From Neoechinorhynchus agilis (taxonomy: Eukaryota > Animalia > Acanthocephala), in the NCBI GenBank assembly GCA_051530055.1, contig CM121341.1:6736784-6800783 (forward strand): 64,000 nucleotides of DNA, written 5' to 3'. This document shows positions 23,599 to 35,612 of the stretch, piece by piece. Positions within the stretch are counted from its first letter, which is position 1, and the number at the start of each line of letters is the position of its first letter. A model generated the notes under the pieces. It saw nothing but the letters and a program-made list of their open reading frames with translations, was not told where the DNA came from and did no database searches. The position numbers and the translations under genes were made by a program.

Positions 23599-25116
23599 AT
23601 GAAAGTGAAGTTTAACGATGAGAACTCTAAAGAACCAATACTAGTTCCAAAGGCGGTCATCGATATATCGAACACGAAGAAGATAATGACCTTTATTGAA
23701 TTTCAGCCGGTTGTTTTGATAACCGTGACTGCTCTCAGTATAGTCGTCATGCTGGTCGTCCTCTTCTATAGTTTTGTCACTTATAGTCGCCGAAACGTTA
23801 ATTATTTTTCAACTCATATCCCGTTAGAACACGATTTTCTGTTTTGATTCTAAGAAAGTCGTGTCGTTGAAGATGTCCATCGGTCAAAGTGTGCTTTAGT
23901 TAAGATTGGAGCTCTTAAATGCGAAGAAAATGAAAGTATAGTTCCAATTTGGTGGCATGTTTGTAAAATGAGGAGGCATTTCGGTGAGACAAATGTACAA
24001 GCAATAAGCTCATGTGCCCAGTTTACGATGAAGGTGAGAATACGGGCAGCTGAAAACAATCATTTAATAAAAAAAACCACGAACGACGATAAAACGGGCT
24101 CCAATTAAAATCTTTTTCCCTAATTGGGCCATATTTGAAGGTCTGTAGAATGTTAGCAAATTTCGTATCAATTATAGTGGGCTCTTTTTTATGGTTTAAG
24201 CAAAATCCAACAATTTTCAACCCTTCTTTAGCGATTCCGCAAGGCAAGGGATTACGAACGGGAAAACGCGACTGTTTTATCACTCCAACATCATCCATCA
24301 ATAATAAAATTGGCTAAAGTATCAATTCACACAGAATTGTCCCAATCACTACATCACTATCTTCTTTACAAATACTACCCACATGGAAATCTTCGACAGT
24401 TCCTGGTAAAAAATGAGCTATCTAACGGATTCTGAAAAATCTCGTATTTCAGAATCTGTTAAGTAAACGTAAATACAACCATCGATTTATCGCTTTCGAT
24501 TCTCGAAGGTTTACAGTACCTTCATCTCTCGAAGCTTTCGCTGCGATCTATGACATCCGGTCGAATATTCGTTTCCGATAGAATGACCTGTGTGATTGCG
24601 GGTGATTACATGCTGGCCACGAAATCCGATGCGAACCAAAAAGAAGGTACTGGCGATCGTGAGTATCGATATTTCCCACCGGAATGTCTGCGCGCAGTAG
24701 ATATAACGGATCCATCGACCAATAAACTTAATTCCGAGGCAAATGACATTTACAGAATGAGCCTTGTTCTCTGGGAGATCTGGATGAGATCGTCTTTCTT
24801 GTGTTCCTTCTCCCCAGTACCTGAGGCTAAACTTCCTTACAGCGAGTTCATGAGCGAAAACTCGGTTCCGACATTTGAAACTATGAAGAAAATTGTTTAT
24901 GATGGGCGGCAGAGGCCGTCCTTTCCTACCTGTTGGGATTGTGATGATTTCCTTGTTTACAGCATTGTTACAACCTTGAAAAGTGGATGGGTTCATGAGT
25001 GGCGAATGCGCCCAAGTTGCAGTTGCCTCCATGGACGACTCAAGACCGTTACAGATTGTATTTTGGATAAATATAAATCATTGACAGGTAACTATGAAAA
25101 TTATGACGACGAATGA
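23599..25116 (+). CDS. TGF-beta/BMP receptor-family transmembrane pseudokinase lacking a Cys-rich ectodomain (multi-exon; one junction near 24406-24480 unresolved)
   Basis: TM helix VVLITVTALSIVVMLVVLFY; FTMK|RFRKARDYERE (intron 24034-24231); YYPHGNLRQFL; GLQYLH; RYFPPECL; DIYRMSLVLWEIWMR; LPY..PTFETMKKIVYDGRQRPSFP..W. Confidence 0.8.
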
Positions 25117-25492
25117 TTTGACGATTTATTTTTTAATAATTGCTACAAAATAATAAGAATCGACGAAACAGACCTATTTGAGTAGATACAACCGTGCCCA
25201 AATGGAAGGTCTTTAAGGCTATGCGCTCGTAGCGATGAAATTATCGACGATAACAGCACATCCAAACCATTTAAAAAACTAAGACGAACTTTTTACCTGA
25301 ACAGCAATGCACGGGATCAATCGCTGTTCCTACATTGATCTTTGAATTCCATTTTATATGATATAAATATAGAATTTTTTAACTATTGACCAAAATCATT
25401 TTTAAGCGTCACCTCGCCATTATTCACTAACTACAACAACCCACATTTGCAGGATCAACGAGTGCTCGGATATAATTTCATACGAAATGAGA

Positions 25493-26795
25493 TCAGATAT
25501 CGAATGCTCTGACCGTCTTATAAAATCCAGATTCATCGAATGATTGTCTTTCAACAAGGAATATCTTGTCAACCTTCACCTTCCCAAAATCAAACCCTCC
25601 AAACGTTTGAAGAATATTGCGTGCATCAAACGCAAGTCTCTTTCCTAATCCATCTTTACCCCTCACCGCGAATGAACTGTTCATCACGGTCGCATGAAGC
25701 TTTACGCCCTCTGGTGACGACTGTGATTGAGACTTTCTGTATCCCAAATCAGCAAATCGATCGCTGATAGCTTCAGCCAATACCTGAATTCTAAGACGAC
25801 CCTTAACGGGTTTCTCCGACACGATTCCGTACAGAACATGAACTTCGCCCGGGTCACTGTTCATGTAATCTAAACCGCAAATTGATATTTCCGACTTCTC
25901 GTCGTTGTCTACATTCCAATCGAGTTCGGTTTGGACTTCTTTAATTACACGCCCAATGTGATCTTCGATTTCAGCCAATTCGTCTGAGTCGTTATTTGTT
26001 ACGCAAAGTGGGCAGAGTGTCAGATGAAATCTCTCGGGCTTTTGGAACAGTCGCTTGTCATATTCGGCACCTATTCTAACGATTCTCATTTAGTTTTGAA
26101 GAATTTGAGACTGTCACTTTGGGGATTCCATGTAGAAAAATCATATAAATTTTAAACCTGAAAAGGTGGGCTCTGCATTTCGATTAGGACGTATAACCTG
26201 GGAAAATCTTTTTGAATTAAATGTGACCTTGGATATTTAAAACCCAAACTGGATCTTTAATTTTTCAATTTTCTTCACTATCTAAACTTTTTTCAAAGGA
26301 TCTATAAACCGAGAACCGTGCGCAAACGCTTTCGGTGAATTTCGTGAGTGAATCCTTTAAAGCTACAAGACTGATTGCGATGAAATGGGTAACCGGTCTT
26401 GCTGTTCGGACACTGGCCACTTTGATAAGAATCCTCAAACCGGCCGATTTTACAGCATCATTGCTCTTCCCTGTTACATGTACGTGGAGCTGCCTTCGAA
26501 TGGACTCGGTCTTGATTGTTGCTCCAGTATTGCGCTCAATCATTGCAAAGTTTTTGAACTTGGCACCTGCGACTCTTCCCACTATTCCCGAGTTAATCTT
26601 TAGTTTCCATTGAAATTCATTGTTATCTGTTTGTGTGATATTTATGACACCAGTATAAGTTGGACTCCTTTTACTCCGACACGTTTTCTCATTGATTTGG
26701 TTCGAAATCTCAATATCACTTGATTTTGTAGTACTAACGTTAAAAGTACTAGTGCAAATAGATATCTGTTCTGCCTTTTCTTTTAGTTCGTTCAT
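25493..26795 (-). CDS. ASCC1: ASCC1-like protein, copy A (KH exon plus 2H phosphoesterase exon)
   Basis: KH-like segment GIVGRVAGAK..IERNTGATI, THFIAISL, FQKPERFHLTL and LHATVMNS (two HxT motifs), FDARNIL..FG.FDFG. Confidence 0.85.
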
Positions 26796-28240
26796 CGTAA
26801 ATCTAAAATAATTGATTCCGTGTGTGTGTGCGAAAGCTTTTCAATGGCTAGCAGGTTTAAAGAATCAATACTTTTGTTGACAACAGTGAACAAGGAAACG
26901 TTATGTTTAATAATTCCGCACAACTCCAAAAGTATCTGGAATTCTTGGGCCATTTCAGGACTAGTCTTCTATTCGAGACCCCCTAGCACTTTCTTTGAAG
27001 CTTTGAGCAAACTCCCTTACTCCTGGATACACAACGACGACTGGACTAAAAAAGCACAAAAATGGACAGCAATGATCTGAAGGCAACTACTTGATCACAG
27101 GTTTCACACCATTTAACTACGATCCTTACTGTCTTCCTCGAATAAATATTATTATTATGTTTAATAAAACTGCGATCATGGTGCAAATTCATAGAAACGG
27201 CCCAAAATCCGAAGATTCGAGTGCTTTTACAACAAACCACTTTCTTACCACCATTATTTCTTACATTCTCATATTAAACTAAGTTGCTTACAGCCTTTTG
27301 TGGACAAATACCGTTACTTTTGTTTAACGGAATTCGAACACTTCAATTTGGCAATAAAATTTAAACGACCCTGTCGAAACTTAGAATGCAATGCTTGGTA
27401 TTTTCTAGTGAGTAAAGAACATTGGTTACAAGTTATTTCTTTTACAATTGAATCAAATGCATGATGAATTAACATTGTCAGAAAGCATCTCAATAATAAC
27501 TGTCGTCTCCGATCACAAAACATTTAACATCGATTTCTACCTCAGATATTATTTGCGATCGTATTCGTGGACGCAAATGAGAGCAGTCGGTTGTTGTTTT
27601 TGTGGTGCCAGCGACTTCCAATTTTGATCAATAACAGGTTGTATTTTAAATTGTTCGATTTTCGCAAATATGACTTGTTGAGAAATACATTGCAGTACTA
27701 CATGCTACAATCCCGTACACTGAGGATTTTTCGATTGAAACTCGCTTTTTTACTCCGGAAATCTTCTTAATCGAGTTTATGTTAACCTTTGAGCCATATC
27801 GCAATATTCCAATTGACACTATAAAATCTTTATCAGAGAATTCATTACGATGATTAAAAAATATGCCTTCAAGCAGATCCCGGCCAGTTGAGGCAGCCTA
27901 CAAGTAAAAACTTCGATATCGTAAGAGCAATGACTCGTTTCTTTTGACAGTTCAAAACAAAGGGAAAAGGTTCAAAGACAGCTACAGTCATGGTTAAACC
28001 CGGAATCGACTGTATATACAGATTAGGTGTGTTTTACTTTCAAAACAATTCGGCAAAGTGAACGCGGGCGCATTTTTTTTGAAACAAATAATTTCATAAC
28101 TCATTTTGTTTTTATTAGAATCCCGAAAAAGAGATCAATCGTAGAAGTTGCTGATTGCGAGAAAATTATAAACAGTCCATTTTAGAGTAAAACAACAAGT
28201 ACGAAGTGTCTTCATTGACATTCATAAGACGTTTTAATGA

Positions 28241-28564
28241 TCAGCTTTTCAATTGATTTTTTTTCATTGTTAGTGTGGGTGTACAAATCATCATAATAAT
28301 TGAAACGAACTTTGAGAAAATGTCCGATTTAAAGCTTCTTGTTAGCGACGATTTTATGAAATCAATCATGCAATTAGGGAAGGACTCACTATCGTGGTAG
28401 TAGTTAGGAATCGAAAAGATACCGTCAGTAACCAGAAACAACACATAGCCATTGAAGGTTGTGATGATCCAAAAGTTGCATATGAAACACAGAATGCTTA
28501 TCCTCGCGTCCCTTGTTTTGCTAGCAACATCTTCAAATTCGAAGGAATGGGGATTAGCGAACAA
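28241..28564 (-). CDS. Hypothetical small membrane protein
   Basis: 107-aa ATG ORF with hydrophobic stretches, starting 76 bp after the ASCC1-B stop; no homology recognised. Confidence 0.3.
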   Translation of the reverse strand: MFANPHSFEFEDVASKTRDARISILCFICNFWIITTFNGYVLFLVTDGIFSIPNYYHDSESFPNCMIDFIKSSLTRSFKSDIFSKFVSIIMMICTPTLTMKKNQLKS

Positions 28565-28639
28565 AAAATTAGTATGATATTAACCACCCACATTTGCAGG
28601 ATCAACGAGTGCTCGGATATAATTTCATACGAAATGAGA

Positions 28640-30102
28640 TCAGATATCGAATGCTCTGATCGTCTTATAAAATCCAGATTCATCGAATGATTGTCTTTCA
28701 ACAAGGAATATCTTGTCAACCTTCACCTTCCCAAAATCAAACCCTCCAAACGTTTGAAGAATATTGCGTGCATCAAACGCAAGTCTCTTTCCTAATCCAT
28801 CTTCACCCCTCACCGCGAATGAACTGTTCATCACGGTCGCATGAAGCTTTACGCCCTCTGGTGACGACTGTGATTGAGACTTTCTGTATCCCAAATCAGC
28901 AAATCGATCGCTGATAGCTTCAGCCAATACCTGAATTCTAAGACGACCCTTAACGGGTTTCTCCGACACGATTCCGTACAGAACATGAACTTCGCCCGGG
29001 TCACTGTTCATGTAATCTAAACCGCAAATTGATATTTCCGACTTCTCGTCGTTGTCTACATTCCAATCGAGTTCGGTTTGGACTTCTTTAATTACACGCC
29101 CAATGTGATCTTCGATTTCAGCCAATTCGTCTGAGTCGTTATTTGTTACGCAAAGTGGGCAGAGTGTCAGATGAAATCTCTCGGGCTTTTGGAACAGTCG
29201 CTTGTCATATTCGGCACCTATTCTAACGATTCTCATTTAGTTTTGAAGAATTTGAGACTACGCGAGTTGCTACTTTACGAACGAGCTAAAGAAAAAGCGA
29301 TGCAAGCAGACTGAATCCAATGTTAAACTTTGCTATCCAAGTGATATTCTTCTTTTAATATGGTTACCCCAAAGTGACCTTCATAATAATCTCAGGGAAA
29401 TGTTTAACAAAGAAAACTTCTAAAATCTAGTGAGCTACAGATAAACCTTTGCTGATTCTAAATGGCCTAAATAAGAATGGTCTGTTAATCGCCTCACTGA
29501 TGATTGAAACCTAAGTTTCATTATTTCCAAAATATGCTTTACTACTTAAATTTTCTTGAGCGTTATCTTTTAAGGACGAAAGCTGCCTTGTTAACTTATC
29601 ACGAGCCAATGCAAAATGAGAAACGCTTGGGCACATCGTCCGAGAATTTCTCAAGCTTATCCTTCAATGTTGCCAAAGTAATTGCAATAAAATGAGTAGT
29701 AAATCCGATCGTTCTAACGCTAGAAACTTTCGCAAGAATTCTCATAGCCGCAGACCTTACGACTTCATCGCGGTCTCCGTTTATGACAACTTGAAGACCT
29801 TTGCGAATGGACTCGGTCTTGATTGTTGCTCCGGTATCGCGCTCAATCATTGCAAAGTTTTTGAACTTGGCACCGACGACTCTTCCCACTATTCCCGAGT
29901 TAATTTTTAGTTTCCATTGATATACACCATCGTCTTCACGGCTTATACTAATCAATCCGTCGTAATTTTGACCAACTTCATTTGAAGAAACTACATCAAG
30001 TGATGTGTCCGGTATTGGAAAGTCGTTCGATTTCCTTCTACGAACCTTGTAGGCCATGGTACGAACATGAATGAGTTTCGTCTTATATAGCGAAGTGTCC
30101 AT
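28640..30102 (-). CDS. ASCC1: ASCC1-like protein, copy B
   Basis: Same architecture; 2H exon almost identical to copy A (offset 3147 bp), KH exon diverged. Confidence 0.85.
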
Positions 30103-30473
30103 CTAAAACGTAGAAGGATTCGTCCGGAATTGAAAAGCCTTTCCTCTTTTAATCTAAAAAAATCGTTCTATGATGACGAGCGCTTCGAGGATAAGTCTAA
30201 AACGATCGCTAGGTTTGGGGACGGTAGGAGCTTCGGTATATTGGATTTATGGAAAAATCTTCGTTTCCTTCATCTAGAAGGTAGAATAATGTAATGGCTT
30301 CTTAGGTTAAATGAAAACCCTGATGATCAAGAACCTTTTTAATGTTACATTGACGTTATGTACACTTAGATGATACAAATTGTATTTTGTGGTTTCAAGG
30401 ATGTAAAAAAAGCATGGGTCAAAGTTCCACTCCCTTTTTCCCGATCTCTGACTTATTTAAAAAACCAAAGTAC

Positions 30474-31088
30474 TCACATATCCTTAACAGTCTCGAGCAT
30501 GCTTAATACCTCACTACCTTTGGCAATAGCTCTTCGGTGTGCCAACAGAATTCTCATCAGTCTTTCCCGTGTTGTGATCCACTGATTTGTCAATTGAATG
30601 TACGTTTGACAAATCCGCACAATCCTATCCCTCTGTTCATTCAACATTTCAAGGACAGATCGCTCAAATGTGCCAACATCTTGCTGGTAAGATTCCCATA
30701 AAGCCGTGAGACTGCTAATGGCTCGTTTCGCCTCATCAATCGTCTGTTCATAATTGTGAACCTCATTCGAAGCTTCAGTCGGATGAAGTTTTACTAATAT
30801 CTTATCGGATTGATGAGCTACCATCAGTTGAAGAATATCAATATCTGGCTGCTGCTGTAAAATGTCCACAAGTGTTCGTTCCCTTTCACGAAGAATATCC
30901 TTTGTGTCCTTCATTAAATCGATTCTTATAGTCAGTTTAAAATTTGAAAAGAGAGAAAGAGCGGAGGCATAAGAATCGATTTCTAAGAGGTCTACAAGTG
31001 AGTACCTTTCAGATTGACCAATAACTTGTTCAAGTTTAGAAAGTCGGGATTCAAGGGAGGTGAGAATCGATTCGCTAGATCTTGACAT
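30474..31088 (-). CDS. Coiled-coil protein, possibly dynactin p24/p22 (DCTN3)-like
   Basis: 204-aa single ORF; N-terminal LESRLSKLEQVIG resembles the DCTN3 start; similar length. Confidence 0.4.
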   Translation of the reverse strand: MSRSSESILTSLESRLSKLEQVIGQSERYSLVDLLEIDSYASALSLFSNFKLTIRIDLMKDTKDILRERERTLVDILQQQPDIDILQLMVAHQSDKILVKLHPTEASNEVHNYEQTIDEAKRAISSLTALWESYQQDVGTFERSVLEMLNEQRDRIVRICQTYIQLTNQWITTRERLMRILLAHRRAIAKGSEVLSMLETVKDM

Positions 31089-32466
31089 TTGTTAAATTTA
31101 TCTGAAACTACGAGGAAACAAGCGAACTAATGATCTTTATAGATGTTTAGCAACGGGTTTTACCAAAACAGAAATTCAGAGTATAAATAGTCAATGGTTC
31201 TTTGAAATACCGGCCTTAACGTTTCCCACTCATTTATTCGAGTATTTGAGGGGGTTTTGTTGGTAAATAATAACTTATATCTAAAGTATCTAAAATTGGT
31301 TTATATTCAAGAAGTTTTCAATGTCAGATATTGAAATTTTAAAGATTTGAATGTGGCATTCAATATCAAACATTTTTAGTTCGATTTATATGACTTCAGA
31401 AGAGCAAAAACCCATCGAATGATAAACCATTATTGAATGATCAAACTTTTTCGAGTCCACCTGATCCAGATAAGTTCGCTGCTCTCCGTTTGAAGCTTAA
31501 ACTTTTTACTAGAACTGCCTAAGAAGGAATTCCGAAAGCCCACAGGCCGTCGGACCAAACACCGCCGAATTTTTAATCAATGTGTTTGAAAATGGTTTGC
31601 CACAACAACAACCAAGGGTGGTGCCAACAAATTTCTTTTTCTATTGAAAATCAGCGATTTAGAGAGGGAATGCTGCATTTTGGAGGCAATAGAGGATGAA
31701 AACCTTTTATAAATTCGCTGTGGTGACCTTATGGAGCATGTCGCTGGGATATGTCGCCAGGATTTGTATTCTTTCAGAGGCATTATTGAGGCTATAAAAC
31801 CTTTTCTTCCTTAAGTTCTATAACGATTAAACCCGTGAGTTTGCCTCCTGAATTTCAAATCCCAATTCATTTCATACTTTCAGCAACTTCTCCCCTTTTC
31901 CATACTGTCAAATCTTCTTGGATATCAAGACTCGAAATGAACATGAGGAAAGACCGAAGCTCTCTTGCATACAATAACATCAATCTCCGTCCGAACAAAT
32001 CTTCCAACCCGACCGAAACTGTAATCCACTCCAAAATCGACATCCGCATTCATTGAACAAATCTAAATCCGAGTTTTTTGAGGACCCAAAGATACATGGG
32101 TCTCTTTCTTTGTTAATTAACAAATAAACGCGTTATTATTTATAAGAAGGCGTTGTTGGGCAAACGACAACCATCTCTCGAACTTCCGAGTGAGATGGAA
32201 AGATCCAGAAGAGTCCCGGTTTATGGAACCTTTAATTCGGTCGTTATGGTCTCTTCTACGCTACGGTTGACGGGCCGGTCTGCTGGAAACCCTGAACATT
32301 AGTAGACAAAGTGCCGCTATTCAGAATCAGCTACTTCGGGACTCGACAAGCTGGAAGTCCAGTGACCACTGCAACCATCGATTGCTCACCATCGTCTTAA
32401 CTTCTAATTTTGCCATGAACTACGCGGATTTTCGGTGGCTTAGGGTTCTTGTTCCCTTCTGTTCTT

Positions 32467-32790
32467 TTATGATGAAAAGCAATACAATCGATGCTTTTTT
32501 ATGGCGGAAAATTGAAAGAATTTATTAAATTTGGTTAGTTTGTTGCTTATAGCAATGACTAAAGCAACAAACTGTGCCAAATTATCGGATTTAATAAATT
32601 CCTTCAATTTTTCCATCATAAAAAGAACGTGAACAATACGATCGTCGAAAACACACATTTGGCCCGACTGTGCTCGCATCATAGCCAACAATTGGATTGA
32701 TTTCACACTCGAAAACTCATTTTGAGGAATACTAAGACGGTTAGATTCACTCGAAAAACCCGACATGAAATCTAAACTTAATTTTGCCAT
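32467..32790 (-). CDS. Hypothetical protein starting 28 bp downstream of the LIG3 stop
   Basis: 107-aa ATG ORF; may splice to a short exon ending near 32400. Confidence 0.3.
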   Translation of the reverse strand: MAKLSLDFMSGFSSESNRLSIPQNEFSSVKSIQLLAMMRAQSGQMCVFDDRIVHVLFMMEKLKEFIKSDNLAQFVALVIAISNKLTKFNKFFQFSAIKKHRLYCFSS

Positions 32791-32817
32791 TTAATGGCCG
32801 ACTTGCTTTGAAATAAT

Positions 32818-35174
32818 TTAGAGATTTATTTTCTTCGATGAGTGTATATGATTGAGAAGCTCATCAATCGCTAAATATCTCTTTCGATTTTCTGAATTTG
32901 GTGCGTTTTTTCGAACAACATAAATCGTATCGTCTTCGTTCGGCATTTGATTCCTAGGCTGAACAACACAACCTCCATAAGCTACGATTTTTCTTTCCAG
33001 CTCCAGCTGTTCATTAGCACTTAGTTGGGCATCGATTTCGAATCGTTTTCCCATGAACAAGTCAGGAATTTTAGTCAAAGTTAACTTCGATCTTGTATTC
33101 GTCTTTGATTTCTCGAACATTTGAGTCAGATACTTTAGAGATGTTGCCTCTAGCCACGACTTATCGTCTCTTATCCTAGTTACACGTGGAAACCGGATTG
33201 ATATTCCATTGGCTGTGTGTTGTTTCGACGTGGAGAACTCTGCTCCAGATACTTCAAGAACCAATGAGCGTCGAGGATTTTCCACAATAAAATCTGGAAC
33301 ATACATTCGCTTACAATTTAACCAATGTGGCAGTTTTCCCTTGTCGTTTAATTTATCCATTCGAATTTGAGTTTGAAGTTGGTCGAGATCGTCGTCCGTG
33401 AATCCGTTTCCTACCTTTGTTACGGTGCACCATTGTTCCGTGTCCTCGTTGTAGCAACCCATCAAGAACACTGACTTCATTCCAGCTTTTGAACCAGTTC
33501 CATAGTAGGCACCAAGGACGACAAGATCGGCGCTATCGGCCATGGACCCGTCTGCTAAATAATCCTTTTTGACCTTTAACCAATTTCGTTTGCCAGGTTC
33601 GTAATATGAATTGGCTCTTTTGAGCACGAGGCCTTCAAGACCATCAGCGATTGCATTATCAATTAGATTTTTCAAGTGACTAGAATCGGTGACTTTGACT
33701 TGCCGAGAGAGCATTATGCGACCATCTTGTTCTACCATGTAACTCTCTAAAACTCTCCTTCGTTCTTCTATGAGTGCAGTCTTTTTCGATTTTTATCTTT
33801 TATTTTAAAGCAATGAACATTATTCGTAGTTAGAATTGTGGTTAAAATGCGGTTAAGAGGTATTTTCGGGAATAGCGATCTGCCGGATACCCGAGCCATA
33901 TAAAACAACCAAAAATCGCTTTAGATTACCGAATGTGGCTTACTCTTTCGAAATATCACTCGATTTAAAATACGTCTTGATCGGGAAAATCTTAACAAAA
34001 CGCATAATTATTTCCGTTGGGCGTAGTAGCGGAAAAACTAGCTCTCTCGAATTTCAAATTTATATCTATAAGAAAAAGACTGCACACGTAAACTCGTGTT
34101 TATTAAAGTTTTTCCATTGTAGAAAAGGCAATCAAAGACAAATAAACAAGGGTTTACTGTTTTTGAGGCCGTTTTCGCTTCTTGGGCTTTTCGCCTGCCT
34201 AAAGTTCCAAACGGTAGCGGTTTCTTTGTTTTCGTGTCATATAGGAGTACTTCACAATCCAAAATGACTTCAGCCACAGAAGGCGGAAAGGCAGTGGTCA
34301 AAAGTTCTCTAAAAGCGGATACTTTATGTTCCTGTACGGCTTTAAGACTTCTACTATAAAAGGCATAATGCCCGTTCTGTTGATGAACTTGAACTCGTTC
34401 TCCGTCGTATTTAGTCTCAGCGTACAGATTATCAGTAGTGCTGTCAAAATTCATTGCATTTTCAACTGACCTGCATGGTTGGGCCAACATTGGGGCAACT
34501 GGGCTCATTACATCGATTTTCGCACTTATTTGCCTTCCAAGCTTCTTGTGATGATTGCTGCACAAGCGTTCCGCGACCACCTTTAGACTTTTACATTGCT
34601 GATAAGCATTGTAAGCGTTAAGACCGTCCAAAATGACCTTCGCGCCCGCTCCATATCGCATATCTTTCTTTATAAGTCTAACGATTGTACGCAGTTCCTC
34701 GGACCTTGTGCATCTCACATAGATTTTCTTTAGTGCTTTTAGTTGATGTTCGTTGGTGCTACTGTTCGTTGATAGGTCTTCTAGAAGACAATCCACATTT
34801 ACACAGGTGAGTTTACCAGTTTTAGTAGTGGTTGACTTTTTAGTCCAGAAATATTCAATAGTGAGACTTGCGTCGCCCGACACTCCATTTAAATGATCAA
34901 ACATTTCGTTAACGTTACATTCGAGGATTTCGGCGAAGTGTTTTAGCAGTTGTCGATTGTCCAGTTGGTATTTTCGACTACTATTAATCGGATCAGCCGC
35001 TTGAGGAAGAAGGAATCGGAGCACAATGTACAAATCTTCAAACATTTGTCTCAGTGAGTGTTCATTTACAAACTCTTCAACGCTTGCACTCTTGGGCTTC
35101 TGTTTAGTGCCAGCGGACGAGATTTTATCGCACAGTTGTACGAAATCAATAAAAAAAAGCCGTTGAACACTCAT
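32818..35174 (-). CDS. LIG3: DNA ligase III (DBD, adenylation, OB and BRCT domains), 2 exons
   Basis: ETKYDGERVQVH, FYSRSLK, ILDCEV, GLEGLVLK, YEPGKRNWLKVKKDY, WCTVTKVGNG, SIRFPRVTRIRDDK, C-terminal BRCT-like IPDLF..IVAYGG. Intron ~33769-34086. Confidence 0.93.
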
Positions 35175-35612
35175 TAGAGCGATGTTTGTTGTTGGCGTAG
35201 ATATGTCAGCGAAGGTTTGCACCGTGAGTATAGCAACAAACGCACACCGTAAGCAACTTTCTCTTGTCTATACGTGAGAAATGCAAGTAGGATTTTTAGC
35301 TCGAAAAAAAGAATTTCTATTTTTTTTTGAGATGTGCTTAATGTTAAACGTAGTCTTCTTTTTGTTTAAAGTCTTTAGAACATCATTTACTCGACCTTTT
35401 CCTTTTTTAGGCTACGGTTGCGAGTTTGTTGTACCTTTCTCCGGATCCTCAGATATCTCTCGATCATATTCGCCTACACAACTTTATGCAATTTGAATTG
35501 ATTACATTTTATATATCACGAATTGTTCTTTTTGAGTTAAGGAAATGCGAAAACTTATGAAGAAATATTGTGGTTTTTGTGCGTCAAACAACTTTCATCC
35601 GAAAAAAAATTT

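Noticed and set aside
31577-32056. ORFs at 31.6-32.1 kb; a signal-peptide-like MKTFYKFAVVTLW start at ~31699
   Set aside because: No consistent splice phases and no recognisable homology.
32395-32460. KPPKIRVVHGKI resembles ribosomal protein eL33
   Set aside because: Flanking residues do not continue the match and a stop follows.
35222-35222. ORF-track starts at GTG/TTG (LIG3 35222, giant gene 17410, 63489, 44302)
   Set aside because: Bacterial-style start codons are not appropriate for a eukaryote; the first ATG or a splice acceptor was used instead.
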